A DNA stretch of 64,000 nucleotides from Candidatus Eiseniibacteriota bacterium. GTDB lineage: Bacteria > Chloroflexota > Dormibacteria > Dormibacterales > Dormibacteraceae. Shown one piece after another: positions 32,177 to 42,369 of the stretch. The notes beneath the pieces were generated by a model, which worked only from the letters and a program-made list of their open reading frames with translations, had not been told where the DNA came from and ran no database searches. The first letter of the stretch is position 1. The number at the start of each line of letters is the position of its first letter. Location of the stretch: contig DATGVE010000134.1 in the NCBI GenBank assembly GCA_035300725.1, positions 981 to 64,980 on the forward strand, written 5' to 3'. Both the position numbers and the translations under genes were made by a program.

Positions 32177-32740
32177 TCAGGCCGGCAGGACGGTGTCCGT
32201 GGCGCGCCAGCAATACCATGCGGCAACGGTTCGATACGGTCGAAAGATTTCGCCCTCAGTCTGAAGGGCGCGAGGCTTGGGCAGGTCCTTGAGCTTGTGC
32301 GCGATAGCCCAGCCTTTGCGTACCGCATAGTCGTCCACGGGCCACACGTCCAGCCGGCGCAGCTGGAAGATGAGGAACATCTCGGCCGTCCACCGGCCGA
32401 TGCCTCGCACCTGCACCAAGCGGGCGACAAGATCGTAGTCTGACATCGACTCGACGTCATCCAGCGGCACGGTGCCGTCCTCCACCTTGCGTGCAAGGTC
32501 GGTGATGGCTGCAGTCTTCGAGCCGCTCAGGCCGGCGGACCGCATGGCCACCTCGGGGAGCGCCAGCACGGCTGCCGGGGACAGAGCCTGGGGAAACAGC
32601 TTCAAGAATCGCCCGTGGATCGCCGCCGCTGCCGCGCCGGCCAGTTGCTGATACGTGATCGAGCGCACCAGCGCGGCGAAGCTGTCGTCGAGCGGATCGC
32701 GCAGCTTGAGTGGGCCCACGGCCTTGATCACGCGCGCCAT
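32177..32740 (-). CDS. HhH-GPD DNA-3-methyladenine glycosylase II-like protein
   Basis: 187 aa, with SITYQQLAGAAAAAIHGRF, VRGIGRWTAEMFLIF and WPVDDYAVRKG. Confidence 0.8.
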   Translation of the reverse strand: MARVIKAVGPLKLRDPLDDSFAALVRSITYQQLAGAAAAAIHGRFLKLFPQALSPAAVLALPEVAMRSAGLSGSKTAAITDLARKVEDGTVPLDDVESMSDYDLVARLVQVRGIGRWTAEMFLIFQLRRLDVWPVDDYAVRKGWAIAHKLKDLPKPRALQTEGEIFRPYRTVAAWYCWRATDTVLPA

Positions 32741-32805
32741 GGCCGGGTCGCGGCGGGAGACCAGCCCGGTGCCGCGGACGACGTCCGGAAGTGCGACCTT
32801 TGGGC

Positions 32806-33828
32806 TCAGGCGAACTCGGACATGAACTGCGCGAACTGGTCGCGTGTCGGGCGCAGCACGTCCTCGCCGAGGTCTCGCAGCGGGCGCTGAGGAATGTTCT
32901 CGGTGGTGGCGAAGTCCGCCATCGTCGTGTCGAGGTAGAGCAGGCCGGTGACGAGGTGACCGGCCGCCCGTCCTTCCTCCAGCACGCGCATCGCGGCGCG
33001 GCGGTCCGACGGGTCGTGGTCCTCGCCCAGCTTCTTCAGGATGATGTGCGACCCGTCGTGGAGCTGGACGTCACGCGTGGTGCCCGGCTCGTAGTCGACG
33101 TGCACCTCTTCGAAGAAGGGAATGAACGAGACATCCGCGATCGATTCCTCGTGGTCCTTGACCCAGCTGTAGCTCTTGGTCGATCCGTCGTGGTCATTGA
33201 ACGTGACGCACGGCGAGATGATGTCGAGGATCGCCGTTCCGCGGTGGGCGATCGCAGCCTTGATGAGCGGGACGACCTGCTTGCCGTCGCCGCTGAAAGA
33301 GCGGGCGATGAACGAGCAGCCAAGCGTCAACGCGACCGCGCAAGGGTCGATGGGCTGGAAGGTGTTGACCGCGCCCTTCTTCTGTACCGAGCCGAGGTCT
33401 GCGGTCGCCGAGAACTGGCCTTTGGTGAGCCCGTACGTCCCGTTGTCTTCGATGATGTAAGTGCAGTCGATGTTGCGGCGGATCATGTGCATGAACTGGC
33501 CGAGGCCGATCGAAGCCGTGTCGCCGTCGCCAGAGACACCAAGCATGATCAGCTGCCGGTTGGCGAGCTGAGCGCCGGTCGTCAGCGCTGGCATCCTGCC
33601 GTGCACCCCGTTGAATCCGTGCGCGGACTCGACGAAGTAGGCGGGCGTCTTCGACGAGCAGCCGATGCCTGACATTTTGGCCAGGCGATGAGGTTCGACC
33701 CCGAGCTCGTATAGCGCCTTGATCATGTGGTTGGTGATCGAGTTGTGGCCGCATCCAGCGCACAGGGTCGTGGCCGCCCCCTTGTACGCATCACGCGGCA
33801 GGCCGACTCGGTTCAGGGTGGCGCTCAT
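32806..33828 (-). CDS. korB: 2-oxoacid:ferredoxin oxidoreductase beta subunit (TPP-binding)
   Basis: 340 aa with CAGCGH, GIGCSS and the SGDGDTASIG TPP motif. 4-nt overlap with the alpha subunit gene. Confidence 0.85.
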   Translation of the reverse strand: MSATLNRVGLPRDAYKGAATTLCAGCGHNSITNHMIKALYELGVEPHRLAKMSGIGCSSKTPAYFVESAHGFNGVHGRMPALTTGAQLANRQLIMLGVSGDGDTASIGLGQFMHMIRRNIDCTYIIEDNGTYGLTKGQFSATADLGSVQKKGAVNTFQPIDPCAVALTLGCSFIARSFSGDGKQVVPLIKAAIAHRGTAILDIISPCVTFNDHDGSTKSYSWVKDHEESIADVSFIPFFEEVHVDYEPGTTRDVQLHDGSHIILKKLGEDHDPSDRRAAMRVLEEGRAAGHLVTGLLYLDTTMADFATTENIPQRPLRDLGEDVLRPTRDQFAQFMSEFA

Positions 33829-35630
33829 ACGGGCACGGCCTCCATTTGCAGGAGCGGTTCGGTGATGGCCAGGGCCGGGATCGGCTGGCCGTTGTAGTGG
33901 CGAATCGAGTGGACCCTGGCGACGAGGTCCGGGGGCAGCGCAAGCCGGACCAGGTCGTAAACCTGTCCGTCGCGGTTCTGTTCGACGACGTAAACGCGCT
34001 CATGCCTCGACACGAAGGCCGCCACGTCGTCTGACAGCGGAAGCGCGCGCACGCGCATGTAGTCGACGGGCTTGCCTGCAGCGACAAGGGCCTGTCTCGC
34101 CTCGATCACGGCCGAGTGCGTCGAGCCGAACGCGATCAGACCGACGGGCGACTTCGTGCTCTCGTCGATCACCGGTGCCGGCAGCGCGTGGCGCGCGGTC
34201 TCGAGCTTGCGCGCGAGCCGGTCCATGTTCCGCGCGTAGGCATCGGCGCTTTCGGTGTAGCGCGCGAACTCGTCATGGCCCGAACCGCGCGTGAAGTAGC
34301 CCGCCGCCGGGTGGTCGGTGCCCGGCAGGGTGCGATACGGAACACCGTCGCCATCGACGTCGCGGTAGCGTCCCCATTCGCCCGAGAGGCGCTCGAGGTC
34401 TTCCTTCGAGAGCACCTTGCCACGGTCGAACGGCTTGTCCGGGTACTTGAACTCGGGAGTCATCCAGAGGTTCATCCCGAGGTCGAGGTCGGACAGCATG
34501 AAGACGGGTGTCTGGTAGCGGTCCGCGTAGTCAAACGCGTCTCGCGCGAACTCGTAGCACTCCTCGACAGTGCCGGGCAGCAGCACGATGTGCCTGGTGT
34601 CGCCGTGCGACAGGTTGAACGCGAAAGCCACGTCAGCTTGCGAGGTGCGCGTCGGCAGTCCGGTCGAAGGACCGATGCGCTGGATGTCGAAGATGACGAC
34701 TGGCACCTCGGCGTAATAAGCCAGCCCCGAGAATTCGGCCATCAGCGAGATGCCAGGTCCAGAGGTGGACGTCATGGCGCGGGCGCCTGCCCAGCCGGCG
34801 CCGATCGCCATCCCGACCGCCGCGAGCTCGTCCTCGGCCTGCACGATCGAGATGAGCTTCTCGCCAGTTTTCGGGTCCGTGCGGAATCGCTCGGCATAGG
34901 CGATGAGGTTCTCGCACACGGAGGACGAGGGCGTGATCGGGTACCACGCCGCGACGGTGACGCCTCCCATCAGCGCGCCGAGCGCGGCCGCCTGGTTGCC
35001 CTCGACCAGGACCTTGCCTTCGACCATTCCGGTCATCGGCTCGAGACGGTACGGGTCGGTCTTGGAAAAGTTGTCCTGCCAGTAGTCGAAGCCGACCTTG
35101 ATCGCGTCCATGTTCACCGGCACCGCCTTCGGCTTCGTCAGGAACTGGCGCTTAACGCCGTGCTCCAAAGCCTCCAGCGGGATGCCGAGAAGGCCGGCGA
35201 CGACGCCGACGTAGATCATGTTGGCCAGCTGCTTGCGCAGCGTGTCGCTCTGGATCTTCGCCTTGGCAAGCTTGGAGAAGGGCACGGGGTAGTACGTCAC
35301 GTCCGAGCGGACGTCCGCCGTGGAAAAGACCTCTTCGTGGATCACGACACCCCCGGCGCGCACCGTTCCCAGGTCCTGGTGCCAGGTCGCGGGGTTGAAG
35401 GCGATGAGGATGTCGACCTTGTCCGACCGCGCCATGTGTCCCTCCGGGGTGACCCGAAGCTGGTACCACGTGGGCAGGCCTTCGATGTTGGAGGGGAAGA
35501 CGTTCTTGGGCGCGACCGGGATGCCCATATGGAAGATCGCCCTGGTCAAAACCAGGTTTGCCGTCTGGCTTCCTGAACCGTTGACCGTGGCGGCCTGGAT
35601 GGTTAGGTCGTTGATGATCTGCTGCGTCAA
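33825..35630 (-). CDS. korA: 2-oxoacid:ferredoxin oxidoreductase alpha subunit
   Basis: 601 aa. Fused gamma/alpha architecture typical of actinobacterial-type KorA (GSGSQTANLVL..., YPITPSS). Confidence 0.85.
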   Translation of the reverse strand: MTQQIINDLTIQAATVNGSGSQTANLVLTRAIFHMGIPVAPKNVFPSNIEGLPTWYQLRVTPEGHMARSDKVDILIAFNPATWHQDLGTVRAGGVVIHEEVFSTADVRSDVTYYPVPFSKLAKAKIQSDTLRKQLANMIYVGVVAGLLGIPLEALEHGVKRQFLTKPKAVPVNMDAIKVGFDYWQDNFSKTDPYRLEPMTGMVEGKVLVEGNQAAALGALMGGVTVAAWYPITPSSSVCENLIAYAERFRTDPKTGEKLISIVQAEDELAAVGMAIGAGWAGARAMTSTSGPGISLMAEFSGLAYYAEVPVVIFDIQRIGPSTGLPTRTSQADVAFAFNLSHGDTRHIVLLPGTVEECYEFARDAFDYADRYQTPVFMLSDLDLGMNLWMTPEFKYPDKPFDRGKVLSKEDLERLSGEWGRYRDVDGDGVPYRTLPGTDHPAAGYFTRGSGHDEFARYTESADAYARNMDRLARKLETARHALPAPVIDESTKSPVGLIAFGSTHSAVIEARQALVAAGKPVDYMRVRALPLSDDVAAFVSRHERVYVVEQNRDGQVYDLVRLALPPDLVARVHSIRHYNGQPIPALAITEPLLQMEAVPV

Positions 35631-35706
35631 TTTGTGTCTTTCAGCCGCGGATTACGGATTTTACGCGTGTGCAGCAACCAACTGGTATTCCTTAGAGTTC
35701 GGCGAA

Positions 35707-36840
35707 ATGAAGGTCGCCACACCAAAAGAGCGGGCCTCGGAAGAACGGCGCGTGGCCCTTGTCCCGGACACGGCGGCCAAGCTCGTCGCCGCAAAGCTCG
35801 AGGTCGGTGTCGAGTCTGGCGCGGGTACTGGAGCCTTCATCCCCGACGACGCTTACGAGAAAGCAGGGGTCAAAGTGGCCAAGGGCGCCGAGGCCCTCCT
35901 CAAGGATGCCGACGCCGTGCTCAAAGTCCAGGCTCCGGCCGCCAACGAAGTAGGCCTGCTGAAGAGCGGATCGGTGCTGATCAGCTTCCTCCAGCCGGCG
36001 ACGCAGGGGGACATCGTGAAGGCACTGGCCACGCGAGGAGTGACCGCGTTCAGCCTCGAGCTGCTGCCCCGCATCTCGCGCGCGCAATCGATGGACGCGC
36101 TTTCCTCGCAGGCCTCGGCCTCCGGCTACAAGGCGGTTTTGATGGCGGCCGGCCGCCTCGGAAAGTTCTTTCCGATGATGATGACCGCGGCCGGCACTGT
36201 CGCCCCCGCACGAGTGCTCGTCATGGGCGCGGGCGTCGCCGGCCTGCAAGCGATCGCCACGGCGCGACGGCTCGGGGCGGTCGTCTCCGCATACGACGTG
36301 CGCCCTGCCGTCAAGGAGGAGGTTAGCTCGCTAGGGGCCACGTTCATCGAGCTGGCTCTTGAGGCGCAGGTAGGCGAAGGAGGCTACGCGCGGGAGCAGT
36401 CGGAGGAGTTTCTGCGCAAGCAACGTGAGCTGATCGGCGAGCACGTGGCCAAGTCCGATGTTGTGATCACCACTGCCGCCATACCCGGCCGGCGCGCACC
36501 GGTGTTGGTGACGGGCGACATGGTGAAGGGAATGCGCCCTGGTTCAGTGATCGTCGACCTCGCCGCGGAGACCGGCGGCAACGTCGAGCTCACGCAGGAA
36601 GGAAAGGAAATTGACGTCGCCGGCGTGACCATTTTCGGCACTCGCAACGTGCCTTCGACGATGCCGCTGGCCACCAGCCAGCTTTACGCGCGCAACGTCG
36701 CGAACCTGCTTCTACACCTGGTCAAGGATGGCGCGATCACGCTGGATTTCGAGGACGAGATCACCAAGGGCAGCTGCGTCACGCATGGTGGCGAGATCGT
36801 CAACGAGCGCGCCAAGCAGCTCCTGGCGGCTGCCAGATGA
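35707..36840 (+). CDS. pntAA: NAD(P) transhydrogenase alpha subunit part 1
   Basis: ATG 35707 (MKVATPKERASEERRVALVP). Alanine-dehydrogenase/PNT fold with VMGAGVAGLQAIATARRLGA. Confidence 0.9.
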   Translation: MKVATPKERASEERRVALVPDTAAKLVAAKLEVGVESGAGTGAFIPDDAYEKAGVKVAKGAEALLKDADAVLKVQAPAANEVGLLKSGSVLISFLQPATQGDIVKALATRGVTAFSLELLPRISRAQSMDALSSQASASGYKAVLMAAGRLGKFFPMMMTAAGTVAPARVLVMGAGVAGLQAIATARRLGAVVSAYDVRPAVKEEVSSLGATFIELALEAQVGEGGYAREQSEEFLRKQRELIGEHVAKSDVVITTAAIPGRRAPVLVTGDMVKGMRPGSVIVDLAAETGGNVELTQEGKEIDVAGVTIFGTRNVPSTMPLATSQLYARNVANLLLHLVKDGAITLDFEDEITKGSCVTHGGEIVNERAKQLLAAAR

Positions 36841-37184
36841 CCAACGAGCTGCTCAACGAGCTGACCTTCTTCGTGCTCTCGATCTTCATCGGCATCGAGG
36901 TCATCTCGAAGGTGCCGACCATCCTGCACACGCCGCTGATGTCAGGGACGAACGCGATCCACGGCATCATCCTGGTCGGCGCGATTGTGATCGCCGCAGG
37001 CGCAAGCTCACCCGTGACGATCATCCTCGGCCTCGTCGCCGTCACGCTCGCGACCACCAACGTGGTGGGCGGGTTCGTGGTCACCGACCGGATGCTCGAG
37101 ATGTTCAAGGGCCGGGCCGGGCGCGCGCAGGGGGCACAAAATCAATCGGCAAAACCGGCCACGCCCGTGGCCCCCACCAAATGA
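36837..37184 (+). CDS. pntAB: NAD(P) transhydrogenase alpha subunit part 2 (membrane)
   Basis: 115 aa with 3-4 TM helices. ATGA overlaps on both sides with pntAA and pntB. Confidence 0.85.
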   Translation: MTNELLNELTFFVLSIFIGIEVISKVPTILHTPLMSGTNAIHGIILVGAIVIAAGASSPVTIILGLVAVTLATTNVVGGFVVTDRMLEMFKGRAGRAQGAQNQSAKPATPVAPTK

Positions 37185-38566
37185 CGACGGTCATCACCCT
37201 TGCCTACCTGGTGGCGGCGGTGTGCTTCATCCTCGGCTTGAAGCAGCTCAGCTCACCAAAGAGCGCCCGCAATGGCAACTTCACGGCGGCCTTTGGCATG
37301 GTGATCGCGCTCGTCGCCACTGTGCCTCAGCTGCATTTCACGACGGCAGGCTTGATCATCATCGCGATCGGGGTCGTCATCGGCGGGGCGGTTGGAGCCG
37401 TCGGCGCGCGAATGGTGAAGATGACCGCCATCCCGCAGATGGTCGCTCTGTTCAACGGGGTGGGCGGCGGCGCCGCTGCGCTGGTGGCGGTGGCCGAGCT
37501 GCTGCGGTTCGGCGACCATCCGCCTTTCGCTGAAGCCTTTCCAAGCGTCTTCAGCATAGTGATCGGGTCGATTTCTTTTGCCGGCAGCATGGTGGCCTTC
37601 GCCAAGCTCCAGGAGCTGATGACCGGGACTCCTATCACCTATCCCGGGCAGCAGATCGTCAACGGCATCATCGCTGCCGCGATCCTCGGTTTCGTCATCG
37701 CCGTTCTGGCGGTTGCCTCGATTCCGGTTTCCTTCATCTCTTTGATGGTCCTGGCCCTGGTGCTGGGCGTCGCGTTCGTGCTGCCGATAGGCGGCGCGGA
37801 TATGCCCGTGGTCATCTCGCTGCTAAACGCGTTCACAGGCCTCGCGGTGGCGGCCAGCGGATTCCTGCTCAACAATTTCGCTCTGATCGTCGCCGGTACG
37901 CTGGTCGGCGCCTCAGGAAGCCTGCTCACCAAGATGATGAGCGACGCCATGGGCCGGTCCCTGGCAAACGTTCTGTTCGGAGCCTTCGGCAAGACCCGTG
38001 CCGGCGCTGTGGCGGCGACCGGAAAAGAGGGTCGGAGCGTCAGGTCTGGGTCAGCGGAAGACCTCGGCACGCTGCTCGCTTACTCCCAGCGCGTGATCAT
38101 CGTCCCGGGCTACGGGCTTGCTGTGGCGCAGGCGCAGCACGCGGCACGCGAGCTCGCCGAGGTGCTCGAGAAGCGCGGGGTCGAGGTTACCTACGCGATT
38201 CATCCCGTGGCCGGTCGCATGCCTGGCCACATGAATGTGCTGCTTGCCGAGGCAAACGTGCCGTACGAGCAGCTCAAAGAGATGGACGAGGTCAACGACG
38301 AGTTCAAGAACGCGGACGTGGCGCTGATCGTTGGCGCCAACGACGTGGTCAACCCCTCCGCGCGGAATGCGCCGGGCAGCCCGATCTACGGCATGCCGAT
38401 CCTCAACGCCGACCAGGCGAAGAACATCGTCTTCATGAAGCGCTCGATGCGGCCGGGTTTCGCCGGGATCGACAACGACCTCATGTACGACCCCAAGACG
38501 ATCATGTTCTTCGGCGACGCCAAAGACTCGCTGACCAAGCTTGTGAGCGCTGTCAAAGCCGCCTGA
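37181..38566 (+). CDS. pntB: NAD(P) transhydrogenase beta subunit
   Basis: ATG 37181 (MTTVITLAYLVAAVCFILGLKQLSSP). C-terminal NADP domain GYGLAVAQAQH and IVGANDVVNP. Confidence 0.9.
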   Translation: MTTVITLAYLVAAVCFILGLKQLSSPKSARNGNFTAAFGMVIALVATVPQLHFTTAGLIIIAIGVVIGGAVGAVGARMVKMTAIPQMVALFNGVGGGAAALVAVAELLRFGDHPPFAEAFPSVFSIVIGSISFAGSMVAFAKLQELMTGTPITYPGQQIVNGIIAAAILGFVIAVLAVASIPVSFISLMVLALVLGVAFVLPIGGADMPVVISLLNAFTGLAVAASGFLLNNFALIVAGTLVGASGSLLTKMMSDAMGRSLANVLFGAFGKTRAGAVAATGKEGRSVRSGSAEDLGTLLAYSQRVIIVPGYGLAVAQAQHAARELAEVLEKRGVEVTYAIHPVAGRMPGHMNVLLAEANVPYEQLKEMDEVNDEFKNADVALIVGANDVVNPSARNAPGSPIYGMPILNADQAKNIVFMKRSMRPGFAGIDNDLMYDPKTIMFFGDAKDSLTKLVSAVKAA

Positions 38567-38682
38567 CCGAGCGTCGCTGCGGAGGCCGGGGCGGCCGATT
38601 ACGCATGCCTGACGGTGCGGGACAAGTGCGGAATCCGCGCGACTCGCGGTTGTGGAGATCGGAATCGCCCGCGAAACAAAAC

Positions 38683-38710
38683 GAGCCTCCTGCCGTGCGG
38701 TAGGAGGCTC
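38683..38710. terminator. strong GC hairpin between pntB and the next gene, with the T-tract only on the minus-strand side
   Basis: GAGCCTCCTGCCG-TG-CGGTAGGAGGCTC. Read on the minus strand it is followed by GTTTTGTTTC. On the plus strand no U-tract follows. Confidence 0.5.
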
Positions 38711-38813
38711 GCGCCGCGAAGAGGGTGTGGTGTCGCGAATGTTAGGGCGCGCGCGTCATTCCCAATAGTGGCCAAGCTACAAAAGATCGGGGCAATCGTT
38801 GTGCGTGGTTACA

Positions 38814-39536
38814 ATGCCCGGCGTGGACGCTCAGGCTGTGCTCCTGCTCACGGTGGCGCTGCTGACCGTCTACACCGTCGGCATCGGCGGCACCACCGCG
38901 GTCGCCATCGGAGTCCGGGACGCGTGGCGGCGCCGGGCTGCGTTGCGCGCTTCGGACCTTGACCCGACGCATGGCGAGGTCGTGCTGGCAGCGCCGACTC
39001 TGCCGCGGCCCGCCAGGTGGCTGAGGGTCGGGGGATGGGTCGCATTTCCCTTCGCGTTGCTGCTTGGGCTCTTCGCCAACTCGGCCTACTCGTGGCTGGC
39101 GCCCCTCACCGTGTTCCTGATGGTCGCTCTCAACGCCTTCTACTTCACAGCGATGCAGGGAATGGGCGACCACCTGGTCCTCACCAAGGACGGCTTTCGT
39201 GTCGGGCCGCCAAAGAACGCGCGCACTGTGCGGTGGGTTCATGTGACCGCTTTCATGGGCGCTCACATCGGCGCGTTCCGAGCCGTGCGGATGTCGGAAG
39301 GCGGCGAGTGGCAGGATCCGAGGGTGGTGCCCAACGTGATCTTCTACCGCCTGAACCGGGCACTGGTCCGGCCTCGCAAGTCGTTGATTCAGCGCGTCAC
39401 CGGACTGACCTATTTCGACGGCGTCATCCGCAACAGGTTTGGAATGTCCACCCAGGAGCTCATGCAGGCAATGCGCACGTGGCACCGCATAGCGGTTGAA
39501 TCCGAGTCGCCACCGCTCCGCCGCCCTGCGAGGTAG
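38814..39536 (+). CDS. hypothetical membrane protein
   Basis: ATG 38814 within track ORF 38799..39536. 3 TM helices followed by a soluble domain. High GC3. Confidence 0.5.
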   Translation: MPGVDAQAVLLLTVALLTVYTVGIGGTTAVAIGVRDAWRRRAALRASDLDPTHGEVVLAAPTLPRPARWLRVGGWVAFPFALLLGLFANSAYSWLAPLTVFLMVALNAFYFTAMQGMGDHLVLTKDGFRVGPPKNARTVRWVHVTAFMGAHIGAFRAVRMSEGGEWQDPRVVPNVIFYRLNRALVRPRKSLIQRVTGLTYFDGVIRNRFGMSTQELMQAMRTWHRIAVESESPPLRRPAR

Positions 39537-39568
39537 ATCCTCTCACCGGCCTGTGAGATCATCGACCG

Positions 39569-40636
39569 ATGACCGGCGAACTGATCCCGGCCCGCATCGA
39601 TTTCAAAACGGCCGGCCCGGATTTCTGGAGGCGCTATCACGTCTACCGCCGGCTGAGGCACGATGAGTCTCGCCCGGACGATCCAATGCGTCCGGATGAG
39701 ATCGAAGAGAAAAAGCTGAAGCGCGACAGCCCATTCGACTTCGAGTATCACTACGAGATCACCAAGGACGGCGTGCTGCTGAGCTGGTTTTCAGGCTCGA
39801 CGCTCAGGCCGGGGACGCCTGAGTACGAATCGAGCGGGCACCTGTTCTGGGCCGATATTTTTGTTCGCCCAGATCACCGCCGGAAGGGCATTGGGTCGTC
39901 GTGGGCGGCGCAGATTGTTGAGCTCATGGACGTGCATGGCTGCACGAAAGCTGGCTTCAGCACCGAGGAGGCTCCAGGCCATGCGTTCCTGAAGTCGCTG
40001 GGCGCCGAGGCGAAGCTCGTCGAAGCGGAGAACCGGCTCAAGCTCGCGGACGTGGACTGGAAGATGGTCGAGCGCTGGATCGATGAAGGGCCGAAGCGCT
40101 CTCCGCAGACCAGCTTGGAAATCTATGACGGGCCCCTACCTGAGGCGATGTGGGAAGACTTCGCGCCGCAGCTGTCGAGCATGCTGAACACGATCCCGTT
40201 CGAAAATCTCGACATCGGCACGATCGTTGTCACGCCCGCTCACATGATCGATTTCTACGCGAGGCTGGTCATCAGCCAGGAGCAGCTGCACACGATCCTG
40301 ACTCGGGAACCCGATGGCGTCATCTCGGCCATCACTGACATGTCCTGGGACCCGAACAGGCCCACGATCCTCGAACAGCGATTCACTGGGGTCAGGCCTG
40401 ACGCGCGAGGTCGCGGTCTCGGCAAGTGGATCAAAGCGAAGATGCTCACACACCTCCACGAGCTCTACCCCCAGGCTCAGTGGGTGTCGACCGAGAACGC
40501 CGGCTCGAACGCATCGATGCTCGCGATCAACTACAAGCTCGGCTTCAAGCAATATCGAGCGGGCGCCGAATACCAGATGAGCCGAGACGGCCTGGCGGAA
40601 CGCCTCAAAGGGTTGTCGGCCGGACGCCGGAGTTAG
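39569..40636 (+). CDS. tandem-GNAT N-acetyltransferase
   Basis: 355 aa with two acetyl-CoA-binding signatures, RRKGIGS and RGRGLGK. Confidence 0.7.
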   Translation: MTGELIPARIDFKTAGPDFWRRYHVYRRLRHDESRPDDPMRPDEIEEKKLKRDSPFDFEYHYEITKDGVLLSWFSGSTLRPGTPEYESSGHLFWADIFVRPDHRRKGIGSSWAAQIVELMDVHGCTKAGFSTEEAPGHAFLKSLGAEAKLVEAENRLKLADVDWKMVERWIDEGPKRSPQTSLEIYDGPLPEAMWEDFAPQLSSMLNTIPFENLDIGTIVVTPAHMIDFYARLVISQEQLHTILTREPDGVISAITDMSWDPNRPTILEQRFTGVRPDARGRGLGKWIKAKMLTHLHELYPQAQWVSTENAGSNASMLAINYKLGFKQYRAGAEYQMSRDGLAERLKGLSAGRRS

Positions 40637-41520
40637 GTGAGCCGGCGGCTGCGCTGGATGCTGCGGACGAGCAGGATCACGCCAATCACGATCAGCAGCG
40701 CCGGCAACGCCGCCTTGCCGAAAATCCCGTAGTCCACTCCGCTGATGCCCAGGATCGATTCGAAGAAAACGAACCCGATCATGAAGATCATCAGGGAGAT
40801 GAAAATTAACGTCCGTCCGCGCCGCAGCTGCACGGAGTCCCGATCGCGCAGCGCCTGCAGGTAGAGGCCGAGCCCGATGCCTCCCGGTGCGATCAGCGCC
40901 CACGTAAACGCCCAGCTCGCCCAGTCTCCCGTGCTGCTCTGGTAGGCGAGGACGAGACCCAGCATCGTCACGATGCCGCCGGGGACTGAGGCGCCTGCTC
41001 CTCCACCGACGAACCCCACGACCAGCAACGTCAGGCCAGGCACGATCACGAATAAAGGCCAGCCGTACTGGGTTAGGTCGACGCCCAGGACCACAACGCC
41101 AAGGGCGAAGATGCCGACCACGACCAGGACCACGCCAAGGGCTGCGCTGGAGCCGCCGCCACGCGGGCGGACGGGGGGAGAAGGTGAGGTTGTGAAAGGC
41201 GGCGGGGCAGCCGTCATCACGGCCGTCGGTGAGGCGGGCTCCGCCGGCTCCGCCGGCTCCGCCTTCTCGACGGGAACTTCGGCCGCCGGCGGAGGCGCTT
41301 CGGGCCGGCGCTCAGTCACGGCCGGAGGGGGAGCATCCGCCTTGGCCGGTTCATCTTCTTGAGGGCCCCATTTAGGGGCGAAGATGTTGGGGCTGCCGGC
41401 GAGCACGTCAGGGCTGACGTGAGCCATGTCTTCCTTGGCGGCAGCATCGTCAGTTTCACTGGCTGGCTGGTCGGCGCCGCTCGAGGTCTTGCCGAGGCTG
41501 GCGCGCTTTCGTTTGCTCAT
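40633..41520 (-). CDS. membrane protein with disordered Pro/Ala/Glu-rich N-terminus
   Basis: 295 aa. N-terminal low complexity followed by ~6 TM helices. No family recognised. Confidence 0.5.
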   Translation of the reverse strand: MSKRKRASLGKTSSGADQPASETDDAAAKEDMAHVSPDVLAGSPNIFAPKWGPQEDEPAKADAPPPAVTERRPEAPPPAAEVPVEKAEPAEPAEPASPTAVMTAAPPPFTTSPSPPVRPRGGGSSAALGVVLVVVGIFALGVVVLGVDLTQYGWPLFVIVPGLTLLVVGFVGGGAGASVPGGIVTMLGLVLAYQSSTGDWASWAFTWALIAPGGIGLGLYLQALRDRDSVQLRRGRTLIFISLMIFMIGFVFFESILGISGVDYGIFGKAALPALLIVIGVILLVRSIQRSRRLT

Positions 41521-41574
41521 GACGGCACAGCTTAACCCGCCCTGACAACCCCAGCTTCTTTTAAGATTTCGCGC

Positions 41575-42369
41575 TCAATTGACGATCCTGAACATCGGGT
41601 TCACCGGCCCAATCCCGCGGCCCACCTCCAGCGAGTGTTCGATCGCGCCCGTGATGAACTCCTTAGCCTGGTGCACCGCGGCAAGGGGGTCTTTGCCTTT
41701 GGCGAGCTCGGCGGCAATCGCCGCCGAGAACACGCAGCCACTGCCGTGAGTGCTCGTCGTGGCGATCCGCGGAGACTGGAGCTCGACGAGCTCGGCGCCG
41801 TCGAAGTAGTGGTCGATCGCGAGCTGTTCATCACTGTGGCCGCCCTTGACCACCGCGGCGCGCGCTCCCAAACCGACGAGGTCACGGGCCGCCTGGCGAC
41901 GGTCATCGAGTGTGCGAATCGACCTGCCCAAGAGCACCTCGGCTTCGGGCAGGTTCGGGGTCACGACGGCGGCCAGGGGAAGCATCAGCTTCCGTAGCGC
42001 GTCCACCGCGTCGTCACGCAGCAGCCTCGCCCCGCCCTTGGCGACCATCACCGGATCGACGACGAGGTTTCGGATGTTGTGGCGCACGACTGCGTTCGAC
42101 ACGACCTCGATGATCTCGACGCTCGACAGCATTCCTGTTTTCGCCGCTGCGGCGCCGAAGTCGAGCATGATCGCTTCGATCTGGGCGTCGATGAGCGCCG
42201 CCGGCAGCTCCATGATGTCCGCCACTCCCAGAGTGTTCTGGGCTGTGATCGCCGTGATGGCGGAGGTCCCGTGCACTCCGAGCGCGGCGAACGTTTTCAG
42301 GTCTGCCTGAATCCCGGCCCCTCCGCCGGAGTCAGAGCCGGCGATCGTGAGGGCAACAGGGAGCTTCAT
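41575..42369 (-). CDS. thiD: hydroxymethylpyrimidine/phosphomethylpyrimidine kinase
   Basis: ATG 42369 ([27 protein letters not shown]). ATGA overlap with the upstream permease gene. Confidence 0.9.
   Translation of the reverse strand: MKLPVALTIAGSDSGGGAGIQADLKTFAALGVHGTSAITAITAQNTLGVADIMELPAALIDAQIEAIMLDFGAAAAKTGMLSSVEIIEVVSNAVVRHNIRNLVVDPVMVAKGGARLLRDDAVDALRKLMLPLAAVVTPNLPEAEVLLGRSIRTLDDRRQAARDLVGLGARAAVVKGGHSDEQLAIDHYFDGAELVELQSPRIATTSTHGSGCVFSAAIAAELAKGKDPLAAVHQAKEFITGAIEHSLEVGRGIGPVNPMFRIVN

Noticed and set aside
35320-35706. 5' extensions of track ORFs 35320..36840 and 36728..38566, which are upstream of the pntAA and pntB starts used here.
   Set aside because: The extensions overlap korA (opposite strand) or pntAA/pntAB. 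They lack homology, and internal ATGs with ATGA coupling give the canonical N-termini.
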